From an uncultured Myxococcales bacterium (GTDB lineage Bacteria; Myxococcota_A; Polyangia; JAAYKL01), in NCBI GenBank assembly GCA_964530995.1, contig CAZHCG010000005.1, positions 3,853 through 67,852 on the forward strand: a stretch of 64,000 bases of DNA. The letters run 5' to 3'. The position numbers were made by a program, and so were the translations under genes. Below, in pieces: positions 1 through 9,597 of the stretch. Every line of letters begins with the position of its first letter. The stretch's first letter is position 1. The notes beneath the pieces were generated by a model that saw only the letters and a list, made by a program, of their open reading frames with translations, ran no database searches and was not told the origin of the DNA.

Positions 1-230
1 AGCTCGAGGGGAACGAGGATAAAAAGCCCCGGTTTGAGGCGAGTGGCCAGGCCTCGGTTCACGAGGCCTGCCACCAGGTTGCGGGCGGACTTGGCCGCCA
101 AACCGGTAATCCCCTGCACATCGGCATGCGTGAACAGGGTTCGGCCCTGCTCGTGCAGCACGGTGACCAGACGCGCGGTCTGCCGACCGAGAGTCTTCGT
201 TGTTTCATGTTCTTCGTGCACAATGCCCAT
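1..230 (-). CDS. Type IV toxin-antitoxin AbiEi-family antitoxin / winged-helix regulator, N-terminal part (runs off left edge)
   Basis: Not in the ORF track. Manual translation from ATG at 230 gives MGIVHEEHETTKTLGRQTARLVTVLHEQGRTLFTHADVQGITGLAAKSARNLVAGLVNRGLATRLKPGLFILVPLEL, which matches the KTLG...RLKPGLF.LVP pattern of AbiEi N-termini. An alternative GTG start lies at 221. Confidence 0.7.
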   Translation of the reverse strand, partial: MGIVHEEHETTKTLGRQTARLVTVLHEQGRTLFTHADVQGITGLAAKSARNLVAGLVNRGLATRLKPGLFILVPLE

Positions 231-250
231 CCGCAAGAGGCATATTGCAC
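216..250. promoter_or_regulatory. Imperfect inverted repeat over the antitoxin start (possible autoregulatory operator)
   Basis: GTGCACAATGCC (216-227) and GGCATATTGCAC (239-250) match at 10/12 as an inverted repeat. AbiE operons are known to be autorepressed through promoter inverted repeats. Confidence 0.35.
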
Positions 251-347
251 GAAAAAGGCAATCAAGGCAAGTCAAGTTTCCTGTTTTGCGTGCTATATGC
301 ACAGCGGAAAAGGGCACTTTGCACACATAACGGCAATCTCGGTCGAC

Positions 348-611
348 CTAACCAAGCGATCCCAGCAACCCCACATCGCCAATCCGCCTTCTGCCCTGAC
401 GTCCGAGAGTGTCCAGGACGGCCTTGCTCGGCGTGTTCGCGTGGGCCTCGGCCTTGGTCAGGGCCTCCTGCTCGTCCGCGGACAGCTCGTCCTTGATGCC
501 GTGGTACTCCGACACGAGGATCGTGTCGTTGGAGTCGTGGGTCTCGACCTCCCAGGGCGTGAACTCCACCTTGGAGTGCACGTGGTAGACCACGATCTCG
601 CCTTCCGCGCT
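348..611 (-). pseudogene. Probable 3' fragment of a truncated gene of unknown family
   Basis: Open frame SAEGEIVVYHVHSKVEFTPWEVETHDSNDTILVSEYHGIKDELSADEQEALTKAEAH... with GC-rich third positions. It is cut upstream by TGA at 612-614 and has no clear RBS. Confidence 0.35.
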
Positions 612-684
612 TCAGCGTGTCTGACACTTCAGTTGGTAGGCTCTACCCGATCTTGGAGGCCTGACGTGCTACTAGCGGCTCCCT

Positions 685-3600
685 CTATTCTCCCACGTCT
701 TCCCGCCAAAGATCGGCGCAGATTCTGAATCCCACGCTGGTATCGCGAAAGGAGGGCTCGGTCACGGCCCGCTCCGCGACCTGGCAGGAGTTCTCGCCGT
801 AGTAGTAGCTGCCGCCGCGCGCGACGAAGCCGTCCTCCTCGAGAACGGAGCGCGTCCACTCCCAGGCGTTGCCCGCCATGTCGTCCAGACCGAAAGGCGA
901 GCGGGAGGCCGGGTGCGATCCGACCTCGTCGGGACCGATCGCGCCCGGCTTTTTTCCGTAGGTGTCGTCGTAGTTTGCCTCGTCACCGGACAGCGTGTCC
1001 CCGTGCGGGTAGCGGCGGTCGTCGGCTCCGCGCGCGGCCCGTTCCCACTCCAGCTCCGAGCAGAGGCGGGCGCCGGGCACGCGCCCGGTCTCGTCGAGCC
1101 AGCGCGCGTAGGCCTCGGCGTCGGCCGCGGTGATTCCGGTCACGGGAAACAGCAGCCAGTCCTGGACAGCGCGGCGTTCGCGTGCGGGAAAGCGGATCTT
1201 TTCCCCGGATTTTGCCTGGAAGCGCTCGCTGGACGGCTCCAGAGTCAGCTCGTAGCGTCCGTCCTCCAGGCGCCTGAGGCCGAGCGCGCCCTGGAATCCA
1301 CCTGCTCCCACCCGCGGCGTGCGCTCCTTCCTGAGCGAAGGGGAGAGTGACTCGAGGTAGCGCAGCCAGTCCGCGAAAGTCGTCTCGCGCCTGGCCACGA
1401 GGAAGGTCTCGGTGCGGCGCGGGTGGATCGGGACGGTGTGGAAGAAGTCGCGCCGCTGGCTGTCGGGAGCGCCGCTGCCGAACAGGAGCTCGCCGGCCGG
1501 CACGAAGGCGAAGCCGTCCGGGACCAGGCCCGCCTCGGGCAGCGAGACTTCGATTCTCGTCTCGCCGTCGCGCCGCAGCACGAAAGGCATCCGCACGCTC
1601 GTTCGTCCGGGGGAAGACAGGCGGGCCAGGTAGGATCCCGGCGGCAGCTCCGTCTCGTCCCCGGGTCGGATCCGATCGGAGACCGGCTCCAGGCTCCAGC
1701 GTCCCTCTGGCCTGCGAGCGTAGCGCTGGATCTCGATCTCCGAGTCCGGCGGCTCCACCTCCAGCCGCAGCCTGCCCGGGGCGTTCCAGGCGGCGACGCG
1801 GCTGCCGTCCTCGTCGTAGAGCGCGAGACGCCCCAGCAGCTCCTCCACCGCCCGCTCTTCCTCGCCTCGTTCGGCGGCGAGAGCGCGCGCCAGGATCACG
1901 TCGGCCAGCGCCTCGCGCGTCCGCCGGCGCTCGGGCGCGAGCAGCAAAGCCGTCTCCAAATGTCGCGAGGCTTCTCCGAAGGACTCTCGAGCTTGCGCTT
2001 CGAGATCCCTGTACTCTTTCCAGGCGCGCTCCGCGGCGTCCAGATCGGGCTCGTCGAACAGCCGCAGGGCGCGCTCGCGGGCGGCTCGCGCTTTTCGCTC
2101 CAGCTTCTCCGCCAATCCGACGCGCCGTTCGGCCTCGTTCACTGCGAGGCGCACCTCCTTACGCCTCTCCGCTCGCGCGGCCGCCTCCATTCCGAGGTAG
2201 ACGCCCATGACCAGCGCGCAGAGAGCGGCCGCGACTCCGATCGCGGCCCAACGGCGGCGATGGCGCGCCCGCCGCGAACGGGAGAGGAAGGCGCGCTCCG
2301 TCCTCGAGAGGGTAGCGGGATCGACGCGCTCCACCTCGCGGAGCTGAGCGGCCCCGAACAGCCCTTCCCGGCCTCGGCCGAGCCGTTCCCAGTCGGCGGC
2401 GGCGCGGCGGAGACGATCGCGGGCCAGGCGCGACTCGGCGTCGCGGGTCAGCCACCCGGACAGCGTGGGCCAGCCTTTCACCAGGGCCTCGTGGGCTATC
2501 TCGTAGGCCGGCAGCCCCTCGGACTCGCGGGCCACCACCAGCCTGCCCCTGACCAGCGAGTCGAGAGCCCGGCGCGCGCTCCCGCTCTCGTCCGTGCCCA
2601 GCTCGGCATCGCTCAGCCTGACCCGCGTTCCGTCGGGGCCCACCAGGCGCAGCAGCAGGCGGCGGGCGGCTTTTCGTTCTTCGGGGAGGAGTCGGGAGAG
2701 CACGTCGTCGGCGTGCCTGGCCAGAGCTCCCTCGACGCCGCCGATCCGCTTCAGCGCGGTTTGCGAGATCGTCCGCTCAGCGGGGCGGCGCACCTCCCAC
2801 AGCTCGGCGAGCGCGAACTGCAAGAGCGGCAGGCCGCCTCGAGAGCCCGTCGCCGAGGAGACGAGATCTTCGACCAGCTCCCGCGACTCGAAGGATGTTC
2901 CTTTGGCCAGCGCCGGCCCCACGATAGCGTCCCGCATCCGTTGCTCGGTGAGCGGCCTGAGAAAGTACAGGGCGCGTCCCAGGTCGTCGCCGAGCGGTCC
3001 CAGATCGGCGAGCCGACCGAGAAAATCTCCCCGAACCGTGCCGAGCACGCGGATTCCCGGCGCCGGGACGGCTAGCCAGTGGAGCGCCTCGGCGACGAGG
3101 TCCGCCTCCTCGGCCGCGGACAAGGTGACCAGCTCCTCGAGCTGGTCGATCAGCAGCACGGCACCGTCGCGTTCTCCGAGCCCGGTCCGCAGCCAGCGCC
3201 CGACGCCGGCTGGCTCCTCCTCCAGCAGGCGTTTCGCCTCGCGCTCCGGCGCGCCGGCCAACTCGGCCAGCGCCGCGGCCAGCGCTGCGACCGGGTGGCG
3301 GCCCGGGACGGCGCTCGCGGTCTTCCAGCGGCGCGGCGGCTCCACCCAGCCGTCCATCCGGGGCAAGACGCCGGCGCGGCCCAGCGAAGATTTGCCCACT
3401 CCCGAGTCGCCGACGACCAGTACCAGCGGATCGTTGGCCAGGCGATCGAGGACCATCCGGATCTCGGAGTCGCGACCGAAGAACAGGCCGCTGTGCTCCG
3501 CGTCGAACGCGTTGAGGCCGCGGTACGGGTTTCCTCCCGGAAGCACCCCCTGGCGCCGGCGCAGGGTCAGCCTGGAGATCGCAGCGCGCAGCTCCTCGCC

Positions 3601-4482
3601 GTCGGAGAAGCGATCGGAGGGGTCGAGCGCCAGGCAGCGGTCGATCACGGCGCCGAGCTCGGGCGAGATCGAAGGGGCGGCGTTCGCCGCCGCGGGAGGA
3701 GCGCGGCGGGGAACCACCCGCGCCAGCTCCTCGACCGCGAGCCCGGCGTGCGGGGGGTTCCCGCTGCAGAGCGCAAACAGCAACGCCCCGAAGGAGTAGA
3801 CGTCCGAGCGGGTCGAAGCCGGGCGCCCCAGCCAGATCTCGGGAGCCATGTAGGCCGGCGTGCCGAGCGTCGCGCCGGCGCGGGTCAGATCCAGGGTGGG
3901 ATCCGAAGCGTTTTCGGTCTCGGATACTATCGCCGTGCTCTCCGGGTCTTCAGTTCGGCGCGGCTCGGGAGCGGTCGGGGTCTGCTCCGTTTCCGTCGCC
4001 GGGCTTTCCGGAAGCAGCTTGGCGATCCCGAAGTCGAGCAGCTTGGCCTCGCCGTCGCCGTCGAGGATCACGTTGGCCGGCTTGATGTCCCGGTGCAGCA
4101 CGCCGCGGCGATGGGCCATCGACAGCGCGCCGGCCAGACCGGCGGCGATCCGCAGCACGCGGCGTTCCTCCAGGGGCGGATCGAGCGAGTCCAGCGGCTC
4201 GCCTTCCACGTACTCGGAGACCAGGTAGGGAACTCCGTCCAACTCGCCAATGCGGTGCACGGCGACCACGTTGGGATGCTGCAATCTGGCGATCGCGCGC
4301 GCTTCGACGGCGAACCGGTCGCGGGAGCGCGCGTCGGTTTCAGCGGCGGTGACCAGCTTGACCGCCACCGGCCGGTCGAGCAGCGTGTCGTGGGCGAGCA
4401 TCACCTCGCCCATCGCTCCTCTCCCCAGCGGGCTCACCAGCCGGTATCCGTCGAACTCGGTGCCGGGCTTCCAGCGAGACAC
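685..4482 (-). CDS. Hanks-type Ser/Thr kinase - nSTAND NTPase - TM - helical/PEGA-like - FGE-sulfatase (SUMF1-like) fusion protein
   Basis: Kinase motifs LGRGAMGEV, VAVK, HRDIKPAN, DFG, GTPAYMAPE. nSTAND motifs NPYRGL..F, FFGR, GDSGVGKSS, LLIDQLEE, LPLLQFAL. A TM segment follows (WAAIGVAAALCALVMGVYLG). C-terminal FGE motifs RLCSELEWERAARG, GLDDMAGNAWEW, GFR. Confidence 0.93.
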   Translation of the reverse strand: MSRWKPGTEFDGYRLVSPLGRGAMGEVMLAHDTLLDRPVAVKLVTAAETDARSRDRFAVEARAIARLQHPNVVAVHRIGELDGVPYLVSEYVEGEPLDSLDPPLEERRVLRIAAGLAGALSMAHRRGVLHRDIKPANVILDGDGEAKLLDFGIAKLLPESPATETEQTPTAPEPRRTEDPESTAIVSETENASDPTLDLTRAGATLGTPAYMAPEIWLGRPASTRSDVYSFGALLFALCSGNPPHAGLAVEELARVVPRRAPPAAANAAPSISPELGAVIDRCLALDPSDRFSDGEELRAAISRLTLRRRQGVLPGGNPYRGLNAFDAEHSGLFFGRDSEIRMVLDRLANDPLVLVVGDSGVGKSSLGRAGVLPRMDGWVEPPRRWKTASAVPGRHPVAALAAALAELAGAPEREAKRLLEEEPAGVGRWLRTGLGERDGAVLLIDQLEELVTLSAAEEADLVAEALHWLAVPAPGIRVLGTVRGDFLGRLADLGPLGDDLGRALYFLRPLTEQRMRDAIVGPALAKGTSFESRELVEDLVSSATGSRGGLPLLQFALAELWEVRRPAERTISQTALKRIGGVEGALARHADDVLSRLLPEERKAARRLLLRLVGPDGTRVRLSDAELGTDESGSARRALDSLVRGRLVVARESEGLPAYEIAHEALVKGWPTLSGWLTRDAESRLARDRLRRAAADWERLGRGREGLFGAAQLREVERVDPATLSRTERAFLSRSRRARHRRRWAAIGVAAALCALVMGVYLGMEAAARAERRKEVRLAVNEAERRVGLAEKLERKARAARERALRLFDEPDLDAAERAWKEYRDLEAQARESFGEASRHLETALLLAPERRRTREALADVILARALAAERGEEERAVEELLGRLALYDEDGSRVAAWNAPGRLRLEVEPPDSEIEIQRYARRPEGRWSLEPVSDRIRPGDETELPPGSYLARLSSPGRTSVRMPFVLRRDGETRIEVSLPEAGLVPDGFAFVPAGELLFGSGAPDSQRRDFFHTVPIHPRRTETFLVARRETTFADWLRYLESLSPSLRKERTPRVGAGGFQGALGLRRLEDGRYELTLEPSSERFQAKSGEKIRFPARERRAVQDWLLFPVTGITAADAEAYARWLDETGRVPGARLCSELEWERAARGADDRRYPHGDTLSGDEANYDDTYGKKPGAIGPDEVGSHPASRSPFGLDDMAGNAWEWTRSVLEEDGFVARGGSYYYGENSCQVAERAVTEPSFRDTSVGFRICADLWREDVGE

Positions 4483-6342
4483 TCAGCTCCTCTTTCGCCT
4501 GCGTCGCCCGCTCGGGATGTGCGAGAGGCCGTACAGCTTGAGCTTGGAGACGAACGTCCGCAGCGGCATGCCGATCAGCTCGGCCGCGCGGTTCCGGGTG
4601 CCGCCGGTCGCTCGCAGCGCCTGCTCGATCCGGGTCCGCTCCAGCTCCCGGATCTCCTCGGCCAGCTCGCGAAACGGCGGCGGTTCTTCGTCCGTCGGCC
4701 GCCCTTGGGGCGCGGGATCCATCTCCCGTCCGCGCCTCGGCGGCGTCGATTCGCGCCGCAGCCACGGGGCCGCCCGCGCTCCGATCTCGTCGGGCAGGTC
4801 CTTTGCTTCGATGCGGCGCGTCCCTCCGGTGACGGCCAGCAGCAGCCCGCCGAGGTTCTGCAACTCGCGCACGTTGCCGGGCCAGTCGTGGAGCAGCAGA
4901 CGTTGCATGGCGTCGTCGCCCACCGATATCGGTTCTTCGGCGCCCTCGGGGGTCAGGAAATGGCGCAGCAGCGGCGGAACGTCCAGCGGACGCCGCGACA
5001 GCGGAGGAACCGTCACGCGCGCCGCGCAGAGCCGAAAGTACAGGTCGCGCCTGAAGCGACCGGCCTCGACCTCGATCTCGATATCGCGGTTGGTGGCCGC
5101 CAGCACGCGAACGTCGATCCGTTTTTCTTCCACTCCGCCGACGCGGCGCACGCGCTTGGTCTCCAGCGTGCGCAACAGCCCGGCCTGGACCCGCGACGAG
5201 GCCTCGCAGATCTCGTCCAGGAAGATCGTGCCGCCCGCGCAGGCCTCGAACAGCCCGGGCCTGGTCGCGTCGGCGCCGGTGAAGGCTCCCTTCTCGTGAC
5301 CGAACAGCTCGCTTTCCAGCAGGGATTCGGCCACCGCGGCGCAGTTGACCGCGGTCATTCTGCGCGACGATCTCGGCGACCACTCGTGGAGCGCGGAGGC
5401 GACCAGCTCCTTGCCCACTCCGGTCTCTCCGCTGATCATCACCGGGATCTCGGCGGCCGCCAGCTCGCGGACCAGCTCCAGGGTGCGCTTCATGGTCGGA
5501 TCGGCGCAGACCAGGCGATGCTCGCCGATCTCGATCCGTTCGACCGCGGCGGAGAATCGCCGGAGATCGCCGCGGTCCGAGCAATGCGCGGCGCGGCGAG
5601 CGCTTTCCAGTAGATCGTCGGTCGCGATCGCGTCGGCCGGGCAGAGCGAGATCCCGGCGCCGGCGGCGACAGCGGTCTTCTCCAGGGCGGCCAGCAGACG
5701 CCGCGCCGGAATCTCGACCGCCTCGCCGCCGGTCTCCGGAAACAGCACGACCAGCTCTCCGGCGTCGGTCTCGCCGATCACGTCGACGACGCGGACGACT
5801 TCCGCGGCGATTTCGGCCTCCGCGCGCGACAGGCCCCCCGGGGCGGTCAGCAGCAGCAGGGCCAGCGGGCGACGGTAGCGCAGCGAGCGCTCCACCTCCT
5901 CGGAGAGCCGGCCGCGCAGCGCCGTTTCGTCCAGGATCTCCCGCCGGCCTCCTCGGGCGAATCCGCCGCGCGCCACGACGTGCGCTCCGGCCAGCTCGAC
6001 GGAGTCTCCCGAGCGAAGCAGCCTCGACTCGAGACCCGAGTCCTTTTCGCTCTCGGCTGCAGCGCGGTGAGGCTCGAAGCGGATCCCGTCCTCGCGCAGG
6101 ACGAAGCAGGCCAGCGCACGCTCGGGCCGCCGGGGCGAGATCGAGAGGAGGTCGTCGTCGTCCAGACCGGCGTACAGCGTCCCTACGGTCGGGAACGGAA
6201 CGGTGCGGGAAGAACGACGGCCGAGCACGAAAAGCTCCGCTGCGGCTCGATCGTCAAAGCGGTCTCCACGCTCGGCGCCGGATTCGTCACGGTCTTCGTC
6301 CCGCAATTCGCCGCTCCTTCGAAGGAGGCAGATAGCCGGCAT
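4483..6342 (-). CDS. Sigma54-dependent enhancer-binding protein with FHA-like and degenerate GGDEF-like N-terminal domains and a Fis-type HTH
   Basis: GETGVGKE, ELFGHEKGAFTGA, FLDEI, RVLAATNRD, FRRDLYFRL, WPGNVREL and C-terminal HTH (IEQAL...RNRAAELIGM). The stop codon directly abuts the kinase GTG start. The exact start is uncertain. Confidence 0.92.
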   Translation of the reverse strand: MPAICLLRRSGELRDEDRDESGAERGDRFDDRAAAELFVLGRRSSRTVPFPTVGTLYAGLDDDDLLSISPRRPERALACFVLREDGIRFEPHRAAAESEKDSGLESRLLRSGDSVELAGAHVVARGGFARGGRREILDETALRGRLSEEVERSLRYRRPLALLLLTAPGGLSRAEAEIAAEVVRVVDVIGETDAGELVVLFPETGGEAVEIPARRLLAALEKTAVAAGAGISLCPADAIATDDLLESARRAAHCSDRGDLRRFSAAVERIEIGEHRLVCADPTMKRTLELVRELAAAEIPVMISGETGVGKELVASALHEWSPRSSRRMTAVNCAAVAESLLESELFGHEKGAFTGADATRPGLFEACAGGTIFLDEICEASSRVQAGLLRTLETKRVRRVGGVEEKRIDVRVLAATNRDIEIEVEAGRFRRDLYFRLCAARVTVPPLSRRPLDVPPLLRHFLTPEGAEEPISVGDDAMQRLLLHDWPGNVRELQNLGGLLLAVTGGTRRIEAKDLPDEIGARAAPWLRRESTPPRRGREMDPAPQGRPTDEEPPPFRELAEEIRELERTRIEQALRATGGTRNRAAELIGMPLRTFVSKLKLYGLSHIPSGRRRRKRS

Positions 6343-6465
6343 TGGCCGCGCGCATGCGCCTACATGCGCCAGCCCGAGGTTCGGTCATTGGCCTCGTTTT
6401 TTCAAGAAGGCGAACGGGGCCCGGCCGGGCTGGCGTCTTTTGCCAGGCGCGCTAGAATCGAGGCG

Positions 6466-7992
6466 ATGGTGCGGCTGCGTTTTTTCGAGGTGCGCCCGGT
6501 GTTCGCTATTCTCTCGGTGGTGCTCGCGCTGACCGCGGTCGCCTGCTGCGGAGATTGCGGAGGCGGAAAGCGGGATCTCGACCTGGTGGGCGCGCCGGTC
6601 GAGGCCTCCGCGCCGGACGGCGGCGAGCCGAGGCGCGTGGCCGCGGACGACGAGCGCTCCCGCGACCGCTTCGTTTTCGATCTGATTCAGGACCTGGTCT
6701 TCAGGAAGCGGCGCGACGGCTGGACGCTGACCACGCCAGAGGCGCACGTCAACGTCGAGAAGCTGAGGGCGGCGGGCGTCGACCTGCTGCTGGCGGCGAT
6801 CGCCCCGCTTCCCGGCCGCGATCCGGCCGATGCGCTGGAGGAACAGCTGTCCGCGACCGAGGAGCTGGTCGAGGCGACGGACGGTGCGATGCGGATCGTC
6901 GTCGGGCTCGGGGAGGCGGACGAGGCGCGGCGGCGGGGCGCGATTCCGGTGATGGTGCTGCTCGAGGGAGCGGACGCGCTGGTCGGGAAGGACGAGGAGC
7001 TGTACGACCTGCGACGCAGGGGCCTGGCGGCGGTCGGGCTGGTGGGATCGCATTCGAACGGCGCGGGAGACTCGGTCTCCGATCCCCGCGATCCGGGCGG
7101 CCTGACCACGGCTGGCGAGGAGCTGGTTGCGGCCCTTCGGGATAACTCGCTGGCGCTGGACCTGACTCACGCCACGCGCGAGCTGTTCTGGGACGTGATC
7201 GTCGGCCAGCACGTGCCGGCGATGGTCAGCCACGCCGGAGCGCGGGCCCTGCGCGAGCACCCGCGCAACCTGGACGACCTCCAGCTACTGGCGCTGGCCC
7301 GCAGCGGGGGCGTGATCGGCCTGGTGCTGAACCCGGACCTGCTGGTAGCGGGGCAGAGCGGCGCGGATATCGAGGACGTGGTGGCGCACGCCGAGCACGT
7401 CAAGTCGATCGGGGCGCTGAAGGCGCTGGCGCTGGGGACCGACTACGGGGGGATCAGGCCGCCGCGCGGATTGGACGACGTCTCGCGCCTGCCGAAGCTG
7501 ATCGAGGCGCTGCGCGCCGCGGGCTGGACCGGGGAGGAGATCGACGGATTGCTGGGAGGTAACGCGCGGGCCTTCTTCGAGCGGGTCGAGCGCCGGGTGG
7601 GGACGGCGGAGATCGCCGAGCGGGAGCCTGGGCGGCCGATCGCGCTGGAGTGCGAGACCCTGATCGGAGAGGTCGAAGGCGCTCCGGCGCTGGCCTGCGA
7701 CGGCTACCTGTCGCGACCGGCCGCCGAGCTGCCCCCCGAGAGCCGCCAGCGGTTCCGACTCCAGGAGATGGATCGCACTCCCTTGAGGCTGGAGCTGTTC
7801 GGCGATCCGGGCACGCCCTGGCAGGTGGAGGCTCAGAACCTGGAAGGGGACGTGATCGTGCAGCGCGTGGTGATGATCGACGAGAGCGGCAGGGGATCTC
7901 TGTCGATGCCGGCCGACCGCGGTCTGACCCGCCTGTTCCTATCGCCCACCCGTCCCTCGGCGCTCAGGGAGGCGGTCGTCTGGGGTCGTTGA
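6466..7992 (+). CDS. Exported membrane dipeptidase family (M19) protein with an extra C-terminal domain
   Basis: Signal/lipoprotein-like N-terminus, then LLEGAD, LDLTHA, VSHAG..REHPRNLDD and GTDYGG. Start trimmed from 5980 to the ATG at 6466. Confidence 0.8.
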   Translation: MVRLRFFEVRPVFAILSVVLALTAVACCGDCGGGKRDLDLVGAPVEASAPDGGEPRRVAADDERSRDRFVFDLIQDLVFRKRRDGWTLTTPEAHVNVEKLRAAGVDLLLAAIAPLPGRDPADALEEQLSATEELVEATDGAMRIVVGLGEADEARRRGAIPVMVLLEGADALVGKDEELYDLRRRGLAAVGLVGSHSNGAGDSVSDPRDPGGLTTAGEELVAALRDNSLALDLTHATRELFWDVIVGQHVPAMVSHAGARALREHPRNLDDLQLLALARSGGVIGLVLNPDLLVAGQSGADIEDVVAHAEHVKSIGALKALALGTDYGGIRPPRGLDDVSRLPKLIEALRAAGWTGEEIDGLLGGNARAFFERVERRVGTAEIAEREPGRPIALECETLIGEVEGAPALACDGYLSRPAAELPPESRQRFRLQEMDRTPLRLELFGDPGTPWQVEAQNLEGDVIVQRVVMIDESGRGSLSMPADRGLTRLFLSPTRPSALREAVVWGR

Positions 7993-8943
7993 GCGCGAGC
8001 CCGCGCAGCCTGGATTCCAAGGTGCCCAGGTCGGCCAGCGCCGGCGGCCCCTCGTCTCCCCCGCCGATATTCGGCGCTCGCGGAAAGAGTCGGGCCAGCA
8101 GCGCGACCAGCGCCGAGAAGCTTTTTCGGGAAGTGGAGTGCGGGGCGCTCATGAACTCGGCGTAGCGCAGCTTGCTCTCGTCGAGCAGCAGCACGCGCGT
8201 CGGACCCGGCCCTCGGCCGGCGAGCAGCAGGGCGAGCAGCAGCACCGGCGGGCGGGGGATCGTGCCCGAGGTGAAGAAGCGCCCGGCCGGCTCGGGCTCT
8301 AGACGGTCGACGCGAGCCGCGGCAAAGGCCTTCACCTGGCCGGGGGCGACAAGCAGCTCCTCGCCGCGTGTCGTTTTCAAGTGAAAGCCCGCCGAGCCGA
8401 TCCTCTCGAGCGAGACCTCGGCTCCGTCGGCGTGTACCCGAAGCGTCGCGCGATCGACGCTCCGCGCGCCGCGAGATAACGCTGCGCCAGCTCGTCCGCG
8501 CGCCGCTGGTGGGCGGTTCCCTCGCTTCGCTCCAGGTCGGCGACCCGCGAGAGGAACGCCGTCTTGCGCAGCTCCTCGTCCTCGGAGGCCGGCAGCTCTG
8601 GCGAATCGGCGAGCGGGGAGCTCTCGAGAAACGACTCGACCTCCTCGGGGGCGGCCGCGTACCAGGCGATCCATTTGCGGTGCTGCTCGTAGCGGCGCTG
8701 CTCCGAGTCGCCAAGCCCCGCGACCACCTCCTCCGGCAGCTCGATCCAGGGGTGAGCCTCGTAGAAGCCTATCAGCTCCGAGAACCGCCGCGACTCTCTT
8801 TTTGAGTCTCGCTCCATCGTCGAGCAGGTCGTCGCGAAGACGGCGATGTTGAGCGCGATGATGCCGAAGGTGGCGAAGGGAAGCCGGCCGACCGTGAGCC
8901 GATCGTGGCCTATCGGGATGATGAAGGGAACGAAATCGAGCAT
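7964..8943 (-). pseudogene. Rhomboid-family protease gene with the catalytic core missing and an out-of-frame junction near 8420
   Basis: The 5' frame (8943 downward) reads IIPIGHD...LPFATFGIIALNIAVF...ARRFGYTPTEP, a typical rhomboid N-terminus, then degrades and stops at 8377. A second frame carries a protein-like C-terminus (EVSLERIG...RVLLLDESKLRYAEF...) to 7964. No GxSG or HxxGN motifs are present. Confidence 0.6.
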
Positions 8944-9144
8944 TCTCCCTTCCCGGACGCGAGCGTGCCGTCAGAGCGGTCGCCCGCGGAGTTTACCCAG
9001 GTAGCTGGCGGTGCAGTCGTCGTTGCTGCTCACGCCGGTCGCGTCGATCGAAATCATACTCGTATGGAATCATACGATGTGAGCGTTCGGTTGTCACTTG
9101 CGGGAAATAGCGGAGCGGATGCCGTTGGAGCCGGGATGATCGGC

Positions 9145-9597
9145 TCAGTCCTGGAACCCGGGAGGCGGAGGCGGAGGCGGAGGAGACTGCGGCTGCGGCT
9201 GCGGCTGCTGCGGCTGGTACCCCGGCGCCGATGGTTGCGGCTGCTGGGGAGGCTGCGGCTGTGCCGGCGCTCCGTATCCTTCCTGTGCCGGCGCTCCGTA
9301 TCCTCCCTGTCCCTGTCCCTGGGAAGGCATTCCGAACCCCGAGGGCGGCGGAGCCTCGCCCTCCTCGTGGATGATCGCCTGCTTGCAGGTGGCCGGGCCC
9401 TTGGCGGTCGGAGCCGGGCAGTAGAACACCTTGGTGGTGAAAACCAGGGCGATGAGCTTGACGTCCTTCGTGTACCAGATTTCACCGGTGGCCGAGGTGC
9501 TGGGAGCGCGGCTGGAGGCGACGTAGGTGCAACCGCCGAACGCCAGGGCCAGCGCCAGGATTCCCGCTATCGCGATTGCTCTGCGCATGGCAGTCAC
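9145..9597 (-). CDS. Small lipoprotein with a two-Cys domain and a Pro/Gln-rich tail
   Basis: Lipobox LAFGGC, YC...C motif, duplicated GYGAPAQ unit and a poly-Pro end. Confidence 0.8.
   Translation of the reverse strand: MTAMRRAIAIAGILALALAFGGCTYVASSRAPSTSATGEIWYTKDVKLIALVFTTKVFYCPAPTAKGPATCKQAIIHEEGEAPPPSGFGMPSQGQGQGGYGAPAQEGYGAPAQPQPPQQPQPSAPGYQPQQPQPQPQSPPPPPPPPGFQD

Noticed and set aside
1423-5613. Long plus-strand ORFs 1423-3075, 2594-3799 and 3079-5613
   Set aside because: They are antisense shadows of the kinase and sigma54 genes. There are no motifs, and such ORFs are expected at high GC.
8377-8460. Programmed frameshift restoring the rhomboid gene
   Set aside because: No slippery heptamer is visible, and read-through would still lack the catalytic Ser/His core.
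9004-9075. Small hairpin (9004-9039) and AATCATAC direct repeat upstream of the rhomboid gene
   Set aside because: Short and plausible by chance, with no supporting context.
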